Of a DNA stretch of 64,000 bases, positions 50,413-59,705 are shown one piece after another. Numbering within the stretch: the first letter of the stretch is position 1; each line of letters starts with the position of its first letter. A program made the translations under genes and the position numbers. Location of the stretch: sequence record MN648445. The stretch is one strand, 5' to 3'. The stretch comes from Escherichia phage FP43. The notes beneath the pieces were generated by a model. It worked only from the letters and a program-made list of their open reading frames with translations, was not told the origin of the DNA and did not search any database.

Positions 50413-50607
50413 ATGAGAGCTGAAGTTGAAGTTTATACATTACATGAGGCGGGATTTTCATTCGTAGAAATTGCTCAAAAAATTGGTTTACAACCTAAAG
50501 AAGTTGGATTACTATGGACTAAAGCCGAGACAGCTCGGTCAAAGTTTAAAGCAAAAGAAAAAGTTGTATACCGTAAACGTTTGATTAACAAAAAGGTGAA
50601 GAAATGA
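50413..50607 (+). CDS. hypothetical small basic protein with HTH-like segment (64 aa)
   Basis: GFSFVEIAQKIGLQPKEVG resembles a helix-turn-helix; basic C-terminus. Confidence 0.45.
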   Translation: MRAEVEVYTLHEAGFSFVEIAQKIGLQPKEVGLLWTKAETARSKFKAKEKVVYRKRLINKKVKK

Positions 50608-50855
50608 GTTTTGCACAGGAATTAAGAGAAAGGGCTCTGGCCACTAAGGCCAATTTGTTGAGTGATTTTATTACTAACTTCTCTGTGATGGCAGAGAAAG
50701 CCGCTGACAAAGGCCAGACACAATTCACGTACTATCCGTCAAAGAATGATTTAACTATCACCGAGCAAATCGGTCAATGGCTTCGTGATAACGGCTTTCA
50801 GTACAAAATTAATCACGACCAACGTGATGGACATTGGATAGAAATCAAGTTCTAA
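50604..50855 (+). CDS. hypothetical protein (83 aa)
   Basis: ATG overlapping the upstream stop. Confidence 0.45.
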   Translation: MSFAQELRERALATKANLLSDFITNFSVMAEKAADKGQTQFTYYPSKNDLTITEQIGQWLRDNGFQYKINHDQRDGHWIEIKF

Positions 50856-50857
50856 TA

Positions 50858-50883
50858 TGCTTTACATTTTTTGATGGTATAAT
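50858..50883 (+). promoter_or_regulatory. middle promoter upstream of rnlB
   Basis: TGCTTTA 50858-50864, 13-nt gap, TATAAT 50878-50883. Confidence 0.5.
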
Positions 50884-50974
50884 GAATCTAGGTTCTATCC
50901 ATTCAAATTAAACATCGGGTCGGAGATAGAGTCTCTGCTAATTATTTTGATATTATTATTTATAATGGTGATTT

Positions 50975-51973
50975 ATGTTTAAGAAATACAGCAGTCTTGA
51001 AAACCACTACAACTCTAAGTTTATTGAAAAACTCTACACTAATGGTTTGACTACTGGTGTTTGGGTAGCACGTGAGAAAATCCACGGGACCAACTTCTCG
51101 TTAATAATTGAACGTGACAATGTCACATGCGCCAAGCGCACAGGCCCTATTCTTCCAGCAGAAGATTTTTATGGTTATGAAATCGTACTCAAGAAGTATG
51201 ATAAAGCTATTAAAGCCGTTCAGGAATTCATGTACACAGCTCGAGCCGTATCATATCAAGTATTCGGTGAATTCGCTGGTGGTGGAATCCAGAAAGGTGT
51301 TGACTACGGTGAAAAAGATTTTTATGTGTTCGATATCCTTATCAATACAGAAAGTGGTGATAATACGTATTTGACCGATTACGAAATGCAAGATTTCTGT
51401 AATGAATTCGGTTTTAAAATGGCACCAATGCTTGGTCGTGGAACATTTGATTCTCTTATCATGATTCCAAATGACCTTGATTCCGTCTTAGCCGCTTATA
51501 ACGCTACGGCATCGGAAGACCTTGTCGAAGCAAATAATTGCGTATTTGATGCTAATGTTATTGGTGATAATACTGCAGAAGGTTATGTTCTGAAGCCTTG
51601 TTTCCCTAAATGGCTGCCAAACGGTACTCGTGTAGCGATTAAGTGCAAGAACTCTAAATTCAGTGAAAAGAAAAAGTCTGATAAGCCTATTAAAACTCAG
51701 GTTCAATTAACTGAAATTGACAAAAACTTGCTTGATGTTCTAGCTTGTTATGTTACACTAAATCGTGTTAACAATGTGATTTCTAAGATTGGGACAGTAA
51801 CGCCAAAAGATTTCGGTAAAGTGACTGGATTGACTGTTAAAGATATTCTAGAAGAAACTTCTCGTGAAGGTATTGTATTAACATCATCCGATGACCCGAG
51901 TCTTGTTAAGAAAGAATTAATTAGAATGGTGCAAGATGTTCTGCGTCCTGCATGGATTGAATTAGTATCATAA
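50975..51973 (+). CDS. rnlB: RNA ligase 2
   Basis: 332 aa (T4 334); KIHGTN adenylation motif. Confidence 0.85.
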   Translation: MFKKYSSLENHYNSKFIEKLYTNGLTTGVWVAREKIHGTNFSLIIERDNVTCAKRTGPILPAEDFYGYEIVLKKYDKAIKAVQEFMYTARAVSYQVFGEFAGGGIQKGVDYGEKDFYVFDILINTESGDNTYLTDYEMQDFCNEFGFKMAPMLGRGTFDSLIMIPNDLDSVLAAYNATASEDLVEANNCVFDANVIGDNTAEGYVLKPCFPKWLPNGTRVAIKCKNSKFSEKKKSDKPIKTQVQLTEIDKNLLDVLACYVTLNRVNNVISKIGTVTPKDFGKVTGLTVKDILEETSREGIVLTSSDDPSLVKKELIRMVQDVLRPAWIELVS

Positions 51974-51975
51974 CA

Positions 51976-52002
51976 AAAAAAGGGACCTTACGGTCCCTTT
52001 TT
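51976..52002. terminator. bidirectional terminator between rnlB (+) and gene 24 (-)
   Basis: AAAAAGGGACC-TTAC-GGTCCCTTTTT. Confidence 0.8.
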
Positions 52003-52005
52003 CGT

Positions 52006-53289
52006 TTATTCATCTATAATAATTTTAGGCAATTTAACACCGAGTAAAACAGACAAGTCTGAACGTCCTGCCATTTTATCCATGTCCCCGCCATCAATTA
52101 CTCTCGCTTCTTTTTCATCTTTTGCTACTGTGTAAGGATTTGCTGATAAAGCATATCTAACCAATAAACCTATAGACGGTTGTAAGCTTTCCGGATCAAC
52201 TACAACTTTAAATGCACCGACATGTTCCGGGTCGTCTAAATCCATTCCTTCAGTGTATGGAGCATAAAAGATGGACCCTACAATCTCTTTTTCGCCGATA
52301 TTTTCTACAACACCCACAATAACATAATCTAACGGACTGTTGGTATCGCAGTAAAGAGGTAATCCATTTGCCAAGAATCCATAAGCATTTTGTGAAAGAT
52401 ACTTATCATCTTCCGGCTTATGTTTTAACCAACCAGAAGCAGCAAGAATAGCAGCTGCACGAGCTGAAGCTACGCAAAACGTTGCAGTATAAGTTGACTC
52501 TTTTTGGATATGCGAAACCATTTCACACACCATTCGATATAACGAACGACCTGCTTCCGGAGCAGATGCATAACTCAAGTCAATAAATCCGGTGTCAGTA
52601 ATTCCAGTAACTTTATAACGTTTAGATACAGTAATTAAAGACTGAAGAATATCTTTATTAATTTCATCAGCCATTTCAGTAGCAAGCAAATCTTCTAAGA
52701 AGTTAGGGGCATCAAATCCATTCGCTTCTAAATCTTGCGCTAATTCAACCGTGAGGCCGGTTTTAAGTTTACGAGATTTGACTGAAGTTTGCCATTTATT
52801 AATCTGGAATCTTGCATCAGAAATTTCGCTACCAGAGCTTTCAAATTTGCTTGTTACCGCTGCATCTGAAAATAGCCGTACCTTTAAATGAACGACCGCA
52901 ATCTGAAGAGCTAATTCTAGATCACTTTCCTGAATATCTGCAAACGGCGTATCTTCTAACACTTTATAGACGATATTATTATATTTGAAAAAATCACCTT
53001 TATTTAGTGTGACTTTTGATTCTTCTGTGAGCTCAGTAATTTTTTCTCGGTCTACATATCCAGCTTCGCCTGCATAAGTAGCACCAGTTTTAAATGTTAA
53101 TTCGTTGTCTGGGTTAAGATATTTAATACCATAAAAAGCAGCAACAGGTTGATTAGTTCTTTGTGTTGCCACAATGTCAGAATATATTAATTTAGTCGTA
53201 GCGCGAGTCAAAGCAACGAGATTTGGGCGACCGATTGAGTTGCTAGTAGACGTTGTAGATTCACGCAATAATTTTTGGATTTTACTCAT
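52006..53289 (-). CDS. 24: gp24 head vertex protein
   Basis: 427 aa as in T4; similar to gp23. Confidence 0.9.
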   Translation of the reverse strand: MSKIQKLLRESTTSTSNSIGRPNLVALTRATTKLIYSDIVATQRTNQPVAAFYGIKYLNPDNELTFKTGATYAGEAGYVDREKITELTEESKVTLNKGDFFKYNNIVYKVLEDTPFADIQESDLELALQIAVVHLKVRLFSDAAVTSKFESSGSEISDARFQINKWQTSVKSRKLKTGLTVELAQDLEANGFDAPNFLEDLLATEMADEINKDILQSLITVSKRYKVTGITDTGFIDLSYASAPEAGRSLYRMVCEMVSHIQKESTYTATFCVASARAAAILAASGWLKHKPEDDKYLSQNAYGFLANGLPLYCDTNSPLDYVIVGVVENIGEKEIVGSIFYAPYTEGMDLDDPEHVGAFKVVVDPESLQPSIGLLVRYALSANPYTVAKDEKEARVIDGGDMDKMAGRSDLSVLLGVKLPKIIIDE

Positions 53290-53315
53290 TGCATTTTTCC
53301 TTATGTGATATAGAT

Positions 53316-53323
53316 TATTTATA
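53316..53323 (-). promoter_or_regulatory. late promoter for gene 24
   Basis: Minus-strand TATAAATA about 27 nt upstream of the gene 24 ATG. Confidence 0.65.
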
Positions 53324-53329
53324 AAGATT

Positions 53330-53359
53330 GTTTACAACGTATTTGGTATGTGATACTAT
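53330..53359 (+). promoter_or_regulatory. early promoter cassette between genes 24 and 23
   Basis: GTTTAC 53330-53335, N18, TACTAT 53354-53359. Confidence 0.6.
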
Positions 53360-53389
53360 AGACTTATCAACTACAGAGGAGTAAACAAA

Positions 53390-53659
53390 ATGACTAAAGC
53401 ACGTTTCTTACGAGATACTTTAAAAGTTCTGGAAGCTGAAGCAGTTAAGTTAGTAGAAAAATATGGTGCAAAAGTTAATGGTAATGCCTTCAACAAAGTA
53501 TGGATGAAAGTTGATTCTGAAGCTCGAGCTAAAGGTTATTGGGCCACTGATAAACTTGCATCATTCAAAAACAAAGACGGTTCTCCAGCATATGTCCAAG
53601 AAGGTATGCCTAATTGGCAAAATATTTTGAAAACTTACATCGAAATTGCACAGAAATAA
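53390..53659 (+). CDS. hypothetical protein (89 aa)
   Basis: ATG ORF with promoter cassette and RBS GAGGAG, between late genes 24 and 23. Confidence 0.5.
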   Translation: MTKARFLRDTLKVLEAEAVKLVEKYGAKVNGNAFNKVWMKVDSEARAKGYWATDKLASFKNKDGSPAYVQEGMPNWQNILKTYIEIAQK

Positions 53660-53669
53660 AACCAAAAAT

Positions 53670-53687
53670 GGGAGACCGAAGTCTCCC
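53670..53687. terminator. bidirectional terminator between ORF 53390..53659 (+) and gene 23 (-)
   Basis: GGGAGAC-CGAA-GTCTCCC flanked by A/T runs. Confidence 0.75.
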
Positions 53688-53711
53688 AAAATAAGATTTA
53701 ATCAATTAAGA

Positions 53712-55280
53712 TTAGATGCCTTTTACATATACACGGCGGAAGTAAGCGTTCTTACCAAGGCTGTTCAGGATAGACGGCATACCGGACTGGATGCGAGCAC
53801 CTGGAGCCTGCAGGGAACTTTCAGCAAACGGGTTAACACCGATACCGTAACGAGTTTTAAAGCCCATTACCGGCTGGAAGTTCTTAGGATCGGAACCACG
53901 CAGTGGGGTAAGTGCAACGTAAGGAGCATAGTAGATACCTGCATCCATTTCGTTAGCGCCTTTGTAACCAACGGTGAAGTAATCCTGTTTAGCATACTGG
54001 TCGATGTATACGCGGTATTTACCACCAAGTACACCGGCAAATACAGACTTAGTAGTGTCGGTATTAAAACCAGAAGCCAGACCCTGTGCAGCGTAAGAAA
54101 TACCAGTATCAACTGAAGCCAGTACGTTAACTACGTTACGGGAAGCGATAATGAAGTTACCTTCACCACGACCGGTTTGACGAGCAATTTCAACTGCTTC
54201 TTTATCAATCTGGAACAACAGAGATTTAAAGCTTTCACCGGCCCAACGAGCACCACGGATATCAATCGGGTCCTGGAAGTCAAATACACCAGCTTTAGAA
54301 CCCGGAGTCAGGGTCATACCGGATTTACCAACCTGTGCTGAGTAGTTAATCCAATCAACAACTTCACGGTTGATTTCTAGCATAATTTCTGTAGCCAGAA
54401 TACCGCTCAGTTCAGCATCAGCATCCATACCGTGTACTGCACGGAGGTCTTGTGCTAATTCGATAGAGTAAGCAGCTTTCAGCTGGCGAGATTTAGCTTC
54501 GATAACTTGTTTATCGATACGGAAGCCCATTTCATTCCATGGGTTATCGGTAGAACCGTTGAAACCTTCCTGGAGTTCAGCGATAGAAGTAGCCATACCT
54601 TCAGCGATTTCTACCAGTGCACCGGCTTCCATTTGTTTCTTAACTTCTGCATCTAATTTAGCTGCATCAGTTGCACCAGAATCAAGTGTTACGACAGCAG
54701 AAGCTTGCAAATATACAGTACCAGTTTCTTGGAAGAAGTGAGTATAGATATCACCTACAACAGTAGTAGTGTCAGCAGCCAGAGCTGGGAATTTCTTAGC
54801 AGCACCCTGACCAGAGAACATCGCGTCTGGGGCATACATCGGATGGAAAGCTTCTTTAGCGCCAGCAGCGATAGGGTCTTTACCATATACTGCACGGAGA
54901 GCAAATACCTGACCGGTCGGGCTGTTCATAGGCTGAACACCACAAATATCAAAAGCGATCAGATTAGGAATAGCACGACGAACCATACCCATAACTGCCG
55001 GCCCAATTTGGGTTACTGCACCAGAGGTTTGACCTGCTGCGATGTTCTGAGCATTATAACCATGGTCACCACCAATTTCAGCTTCGGTCAAGAAAGAACC
55101 AAATGCCTGAGCGATTTTCTCGTCTTTATATTCAGGGGATACTTCGAAATCTTTTTCCTGGTTTTCGAAGATTTTAGCGATAATAGCCTGCTTGCTATTA
55201 GCGATTTCCGGCAGGCCTTCACCTTCCAGCAGTTCTTTCCATTTGTCTACGAGCTGAGCTTTAGTTTTGATAGTAGTCAT
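53712..55280 (-). CDS. 23: gp23 major capsid protein
   Basis: 522 aa (T4 521); gene order. Confidence 0.95.
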   Translation of the reverse strand: MTTIKTKAQLVDKWKELLEGEGLPEIANSKQAIIAKIFENQEKDFEVSPEYKDEKIAQAFGSFLTEAEIGGDHGYNAQNIAAGQTSGAVTQIGPAVMGMVRRAIPNLIAFDICGVQPMNSPTGQVFALRAVYGKDPIAAGAKEAFHPMYAPDAMFSGQGAAKKFPALAADTTTVVGDIYTHFFQETGTVYLQASAVVTLDSGATDAAKLDAEVKKQMEAGALVEIAEGMATSIAELQEGFNGSTDNPWNEMGFRIDKQVIEAKSRQLKAAYSIELAQDLRAVHGMDADAELSGILATEIMLEINREVVDWINYSAQVGKSGMTLTPGSKAGVFDFQDPIDIRGARWAGESFKSLLFQIDKEAVEIARQTGRGEGNFIIASRNVVNVLASVDTGISYAAQGLASGFNTDTTKSVFAGVLGGKYRVYIDQYAKQDYFTVGYKGANEMDAGIYYAPYVALTPLRGSDPKNFQPVMGFKTRYGIGVNPFAESSLQAPGARIQSGMPSILNSLGKNAYFRRVYVKGI

Positions 55281-55297
55281 TTGTGTTAACCTTTAAA

Positions 55298-56110
55298 TTA
55301 GAAACGAGATGCGACTTTCGCATATAAACTTACATTAGAATTCTGTTCTACCTGAGTTGTGGTAGTGTCAACTGCTTCGGCAACAAAATTAAGACCGGCA
55401 GCGTCATTGTCAACTGTATTTATACTTTCGGTAATAGCGGCTTCTTCTTTAGTAGAACCTTTAACCATTTCTACAATAGCAGTTAACTTAGTACCAAATG
55501 CGTCAGAATAATCCATACCTTCAACCAGGCCAATAACTTTTTCTTTCTGAGATTCAGTCAGGTCTTTTACGCTTTCATTAATAGCGGTTTCACGCTGAAC
55601 GTAATTGATATATGCATCACGTTTGGTAACTTCTTCGAACAAACGAGCGGTTTCTTCTTTATGTTCGGCCAGCTCTTCTTCCATTTCTGCTACAACATCT
55701 ACAGATTCTTCTGGAACAACAACGTTATGTTCAACAAACAGTTCTTTCAGACCACCAAGCATGGATTCGAACAAATCAGCTTTAATGCCTTTATCAACTG
55801 CGATTTGGTTTTCTGCGAGCCATTCTTTTGCAAGATGGTCCAGGAATTTAGAAGCTTGTTCAGCCAATTTTTTATCAGCTTTCTCTTCAGCATCTTCTTT
55901 AGCCTTTTCAACTTCTTCTTCGGCTTTTTCGGCGATAGCTTTGATATGAGATTCAGCTAGTTTGACTGCTTCCTGCTTAACGGTGGCTTCGAATACAGTG
56001 CTGAAATTAGCTTTAACGTCCGGAGACAGTTCTACTGATTCGAAAACACTATTAAGAGCAACTGAAGTCTCGATATTCTGAGCTTCTTTCAAAAGTTGTT
56101 CTTTGATCAT
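55298..56110 (-). CDS. 22: gp22 prohead core scaffold protein
   Basis: 270 aa; acidic, helical. Confidence 0.85.
   Translation of the reverse strand: MIKEQLLKEAQNIETSVALNSVFESVELSPDVKANFSTVFEATVKQEAVKLAESHIKAIAEKAEEEVEKAKEDAEEKADKKLAEQASKFLDHLAKEWLAENQIAVDKGIKADLFESMLGGLKELFVEHNVVVPEESVDVVAEMEEELAEHKEETARLFEEVTKRDAYINYVQRETAINESVKDLTESQKEKVIGLVEGMDYSDAFGTKLTAIVEMVKGSTKEEAAITESINTVDNDAAGLNFVAEAVDTTTTQVEQNSNVSLYAKVASRF
55417..55424 (-). promoter_or_regulatory. late promoter for gene 23 (inside the gene 22 3' end)
   Basis: Minus-strand TATAAATA about 137 nt upstream of the gene 23 ATG. Confidence 0.5.
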
Positions 56111-56140
56111 TTTAGTGTCCTGTGGTTTAGATTACATTAT

Positions 56141-56148
56141 TATTTATA
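56141..56148 (-). promoter_or_regulatory. late promoter for gene 22
   Basis: Minus-strand TATAAATA about 31 nt upstream of the gene 22 ATG. Confidence 0.65.
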
Positions 56149-56785
56149 ATGCTTTTAAACTCTCTGCGAGAGCTTTAAATGCTTCATCAGCACTGTTTTT
56201 GGTGATTTCCACCGAATTTTCTGATTCTGATATTTGTTTAGGAGTAACCCAAGCATCTGGAGCAGAAGGTCCCCATACGGCATCTACACCGACGGTTAAT
56301 TTAAATCCTTCGTTCACGATACGGTACCCTTTATTGGTGTCGGTTAAAGAACCAAGACCACGAGAGGAAACACCTGGAATCCAACCAGCTCGTATATTAG
56401 CAGCTAATTTATCGCCGGGACCATGGTCACCTTCAATAATTCTAGCACGTCCATATACATCGTTTCCTTTCCACCACATATCTTCAATAATGATAGCGGC
56501 TTGCATAGGGTCAACATTTGCACGAGGTGGATGATTTAATTCTCCAAGGGCTTGTTTGGTTGCGACTTGTTCTTTAATATAGTCGCTTACGGCTTTTTCC
56601 AAAACATGTTTAGGATATAAACGTTTATTTCGGTTAACAACCTCTGCCTGAAGAAAAATACCTTCTATATAAAGCCCTGGTTTTAAGCCAGAATCTTTTC
56701 CATCATGAGATTCCAACATTGGAACGCCATCAATAATCTCACCGGGTTGACCCCAAGTTTCAATAAGTAACTCGGGTTTATTCAT
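56144..56785 (-). CDS. 21: gp21 prohead protease
   Basis: 213 aa (T4 212). Confidence 0.9.
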   Translation of the reverse strand: MNKPELLIETWGQPGEIIDGVPMLESHDGKDSGLKPGLYIEGIFLQAEVVNRNKRLYPKHVLEKAVSDYIKEQVATKQALGELNHPPRANVDPMQAAIIIEDMWWKGNDVYGRARIIEGDHGPGDKLAANIRAGWIPGVSSRGLGSLTDTNKGYRIVNEGFKLTVGVDAVWGPSAPDAWVTPKQISESENSVEITKNSADEAFKALAESLKAL

Positions 56786-57210
56786 TAGCTTAATCCTAAT
56801 GCTTTACGACGTTTAAGAGCTTTTTTACGCTTACGCATGCCTTTAACTTGGCCTGAAGGGTTAGCTTTTTTAGCTTTAACGACCTTACGAGCGATTTGTC
56901 TACGTTTTGCTTTAGAAAGACCGGTTGTTTGGAACGCGTTACGTTCACGAGTTTTACGGTCTTTAGTGCGGGTGACTTCACCACGAGAAGAAACATGTTT
57001 AACGATAAACTCATTTAACTGTTCTTCATTAATAATGGAAGCCATTGCAACAGCTAAATCCGTTTCAGTTTCAAGCATGTTCTCGATAATAGTATTTATA
57101 TCGTCAATATCGAGAGCAGAAGACAATGCATCGATTCGGCCCTGTGCTTCAGGAATAAGTGCTTCGACATTTTCGAGTACCAATTCATAAGATTCAGGGA
57201 TAAGATACAT
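56785..57210 (-). CDS. 68: gp68 prohead core protein
   Basis: 141 aa as in T4; basic C-terminus. Confidence 0.75.
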   Translation of the reverse strand: MYLIPESYELVLENVEALIPEAQGRIDALSSALDIDDINTIIENMLETETDLAVAMASIINEEQLNEFIVKHVSSRGEVTRTKDRKTRERNAFQTTGLSKAKRRQIARKVVKAKKANPSGQVKGMRKRKKALKRRKALGLS

Positions 57211-57446
57211 TATTCATCGTCCTCATCATCTTCGTCTTCGTCGTCATCGCCTTCATCAGCGTCGTCTTCCGAAGCTTTAGCTTTCTTTTCTTCTTCAGGT
57301 TCTTCGCCTTCAATCAAAAATTGAGAAGCGATTTCTGCTTTGCGTGCTTCAATCAAACGAACCGTTTTTTCTGCCATTGCACTTTCAAAAAACTTTCGAG
57401 TAGCAACGAGGTCGTTTGATTTAATAGCTTGAATTAAATCGTCCAT
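57210..57446 (-). CDS. 67: gp67 prohead core protein
   Basis: 78 aa; poly-acidic C-terminus. Confidence 0.75.
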   Translation of the reverse strand: MDDLIQAIKSNDLVATRKFFESAMAEKTVRLIEARKAEIASQFLIEGEEPEEEKKAKASEDDADEGDDDEDEDDEDDE

Positions 57447-59017
57447 TAAAAATCCTCTTGTTCTTGGTCGGGGTCTTGGAAACGAGCCTCTTTCGACTCT
57501 TCTTCAATTTGCTTAGCCTCTTGTTCAATTTCCTCGTCAGACATCTGAAGAATATCTTTCATAGCTGTTCTGTGAGAAATATATTTACCAATAAATGGTT
57601 CGGCCATCTGAAGCATATTAATTCGACGCTCCAGAATCTCAGCATCCTTTAATTCAGAGAAATAACTATCCCGATGAAATTTTATCTTAATATTATTTAT
57701 TTCATCATTCCACTCATCTTCTGTAATAATTCCTTTAAGAATTAAATTAGTTTTAAGCGGGTCTAGGAATATCTCTTCAAATTTATGTTGCAGCTCACGA
57801 ATAAATTTACCAAATGATAATTCATCTCGTGTAATAGAAGTACCAGCATCAAACTGTATACCACCTTGGTCACTTGGAATACGGGTAATAGGAATACGTA
57901 AAGCCATATAAAGCGCATTACGGAACCAACGTACATCTTCCATATTTCCAGTATTATCTGCACCTGGTAATGTGTCAACTTCTGTTACTGCTTTACCATC
58001 ACGTCGTTGTAACCAATAATCTTCGGTCATCGACATAATATGCTGCTGGTTTTTAATCTTGCCTGTAGTAGCATCATATGCAATACGGTTTTTCATCGTG
58101 TTCATAACATGTTGCATATGTTCTGCTGCTTTTCTTGAAGGCATATTACCTGTATCAACGTACCATACACGACGATCGGGAGCGCGAGTAATACGATAAA
58201 TTACGACGGCATCTTCAAGAAGTTTTAATTGGTTCGCCGGCTTAATAGCCCGATGCAAATAACCAATGATATTTTTACCACAACAATCAACTAAACCAGA
58301 ATGGGCATAAACAATCGCGGCTTTAGGGATTTTTATTTTTGTGCCAGCTTCATATATGCGACCATCACAAGCATAAGATTCGTGTGATGTGTCATAAATG
58401 AAATATTCTTTATAACCCTTGACTATTTTAACACCGGCTTCAGTGGTTGTAATAACTTCACGGACATATTGAACTTGACGTGGGTCTAAACGACGAAGCT
58501 CTTTAATACCTTCTTTAGGGCGTTTAGGGTCAATAATTTTATGGAAGAAAATTCGAGAATCCACATACCAACGTCTAAAATGATCTGAACCTTTACGTTG
58601 GAAAGATAAATGATTCAACACTTCGTTAAATTCATCCAACATCATTGATTTGATATTTGGACTAAATTTTGTGTTGTCTAAATTTATAGAAACGACTTCT
58701 GTATCATCTTCATATACGATAGCATCGGAAACTATTTCAGAGACCGCGTTATCCACTTCATAGTTCGTCATCAGATTTCGATACGTATCGATTAATTCAC
58801 GGGTTGATTTGAGCCCTGGTTCTTGACTACCGAACATTCTCTGAAACATAGCATTATATGTTTGCTGTGCTTCATTTTCAGATACTTCGTATTCTTTCGC
58901 ACCGTCGTCCAATTTTGGTGTGGTGATCGATTCTAAATTTTCTTTTTCTTGGTCTTTGTAATCACGTTCGTCCATTTTTGCCCATGGAGCAAACAAACTT
59001 AAGATATTAAATTTCAT
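57446..59017 (-). CDS. 20: gp20 portal vertex protein
   Basis: 523 aa (T4 524). Confidence 0.9.
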   Translation of the reverse strand: MKFNILSLFAPWAKMDERDYKDQEKENLESITTPKLDDGAKEYEVSENEAQQTYNAMFQRMFGSQEPGLKSTRELIDTYRNLMTNYEVDNAVSEIVSDAIVYEDDTEVVSINLDNTKFSPNIKSMMLDEFNEVLNHLSFQRKGSDHFRRWYVDSRIFFHKIIDPKRPKEGIKELRRLDPRQVQYVREVITTTEAGVKIVKGYKEYFIYDTSHESYACDGRIYEAGTKIKIPKAAIVYAHSGLVDCCGKNIIGYLHRAIKPANQLKLLEDAVVIYRITRAPDRRVWYVDTGNMPSRKAAEHMQHVMNTMKNRIAYDATTGKIKNQQHIMSMTEDYWLQRRDGKAVTEVDTLPGADNTGNMEDVRWFRNALYMALRIPITRIPSDQGGIQFDAGTSITRDELSFGKFIRELQHKFEEIFLDPLKTNLILKGIITEDEWNDEINNIKIKFHRDSYFSELKDAEILERRINMLQMAEPFIGKYISHRTAMKDILQMSDEEIEQEAKQIEEESKEARFQDPDQEQEDF

Positions 59018-59045
59018 TGTATTCTCCGAATGGGAATTATAGTTA

Positions 59046-59053
59046 TATTTATA
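59046..59053 (-). promoter_or_regulatory. late promoter for gene 20
   Basis: Minus-strand TATAAATA about 29 nt upstream of the gene 20 ATG. Confidence 0.65.
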
Positions 59054-59101
59054 TGGACTTCTCCGTCATCACGGGAAGCTGGGGATTTCTCCCCAACCAG
59101 A

Positions 59102-59593
59102 TTATTCCCACCAATCAAGAGCAAGAGTTACTTCGAACGTTTCAATCTCGTTATTGCTGTCCCAATCAAGAGATACTTCGCCAACGTTAGTAGGCCACAA
59201 GCCGACAATTTCGACTTCTTTAGTGACCGTTTTAGCATCGCGAGCAAATTGGCGAACAATAGCAGACTTTTTATATTCAGCAGGTTTACCACCGGTAATT
59301 TCATTACCTTGTCCTGCTGCAATACCTTGCCAATCAACAAATTTCTGACGAATGCTATGAGCATCATCGTTCATTACTGTAATAGTCCAATCATCAAATG
59401 TACGATCACCGGCCACATTAATTTTACGGTTCATATAAGAAACAGGAACCTTTTCAACGATCGCAGCTGGAAGAGCCGTAGCACGACACTGGAAGCTAAA
59501 GTTTTGCCCAAGATAAGAGATTTCTACTTCGAACAGGTTAGGGCGAGCGAAATCACCTGATTCGAAGGCACGAGTTACGTCATCTACAAACAT
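59102..59593 (-). CDS. 19: gp19 tail tube protein
   Basis: 163 aa as in T4. Confidence 0.9.
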   Translation of the reverse strand: MFVDDVTRAFESGDFARPNLFEVEISYLGQNFSFQCRATALPAAIVEKVPVSYMNRKINVAGDRTFDDWTITVMNDDAHSIRQKFVDWQGIAAGQGNEITGGKPAEYKKSAIVRQFARDAKTVTKEVEIVGLWPTNVGEVSLDWDSNNEIETFEVTLALDWWE

Positions 59594-59665
59594 ATTAGCC
59601 TCTGTAGTAATATGGGCTTAGGATTAACCAGACGCCCATAGAATTAATTTTTAAACGATATAGTA

Positions 59666-59673
59666 TATTTATA
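59666..59673 (-). promoter_or_regulatory. late promoter for gene 19
   Basis: Minus-strand TATAAATA, abutting the hairpin 59673-59694. Confidence 0.55.
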
Positions 59674-59694
59674 TGGGCTACCGAAATAGCCCAT
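59673..59694 (-). terminator. hairpin after gene 18
   Basis: ATGGGCTA-CCGAAA-TAGCCCAT, 8-bp stem, abutting the gene 19 late promoter. Confidence 0.5.
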
Positions 59695-59705
59695 CAGGCG
59701 TCTTA

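Noticed and set aside
50930-50974. Minus-strand TATAAATA-like match (ATTATTTATAATGG) upstream of rnlB
   Set aside because: It would drive antisense transcription into plus-strand genes with no minus-strand gene downstream; more likely part of the AT-rich rnlB leader.
54705-55289. 194-aa plus-strand ORF antisense to gene 23
   Set aside because: Fully antisense to the major capsid gene, with no RBS or promoter; Ser/Thr-rich antisense artefact.
55605-55960. Two overlapping plus-strand ORFs (114 and 99 aa) antisense to gene 22
   Set aside because: Antisense to a highly biased acidic gene; Ser- and Phe-rich translations reflect the complement of GAA/GCT-rich codons.
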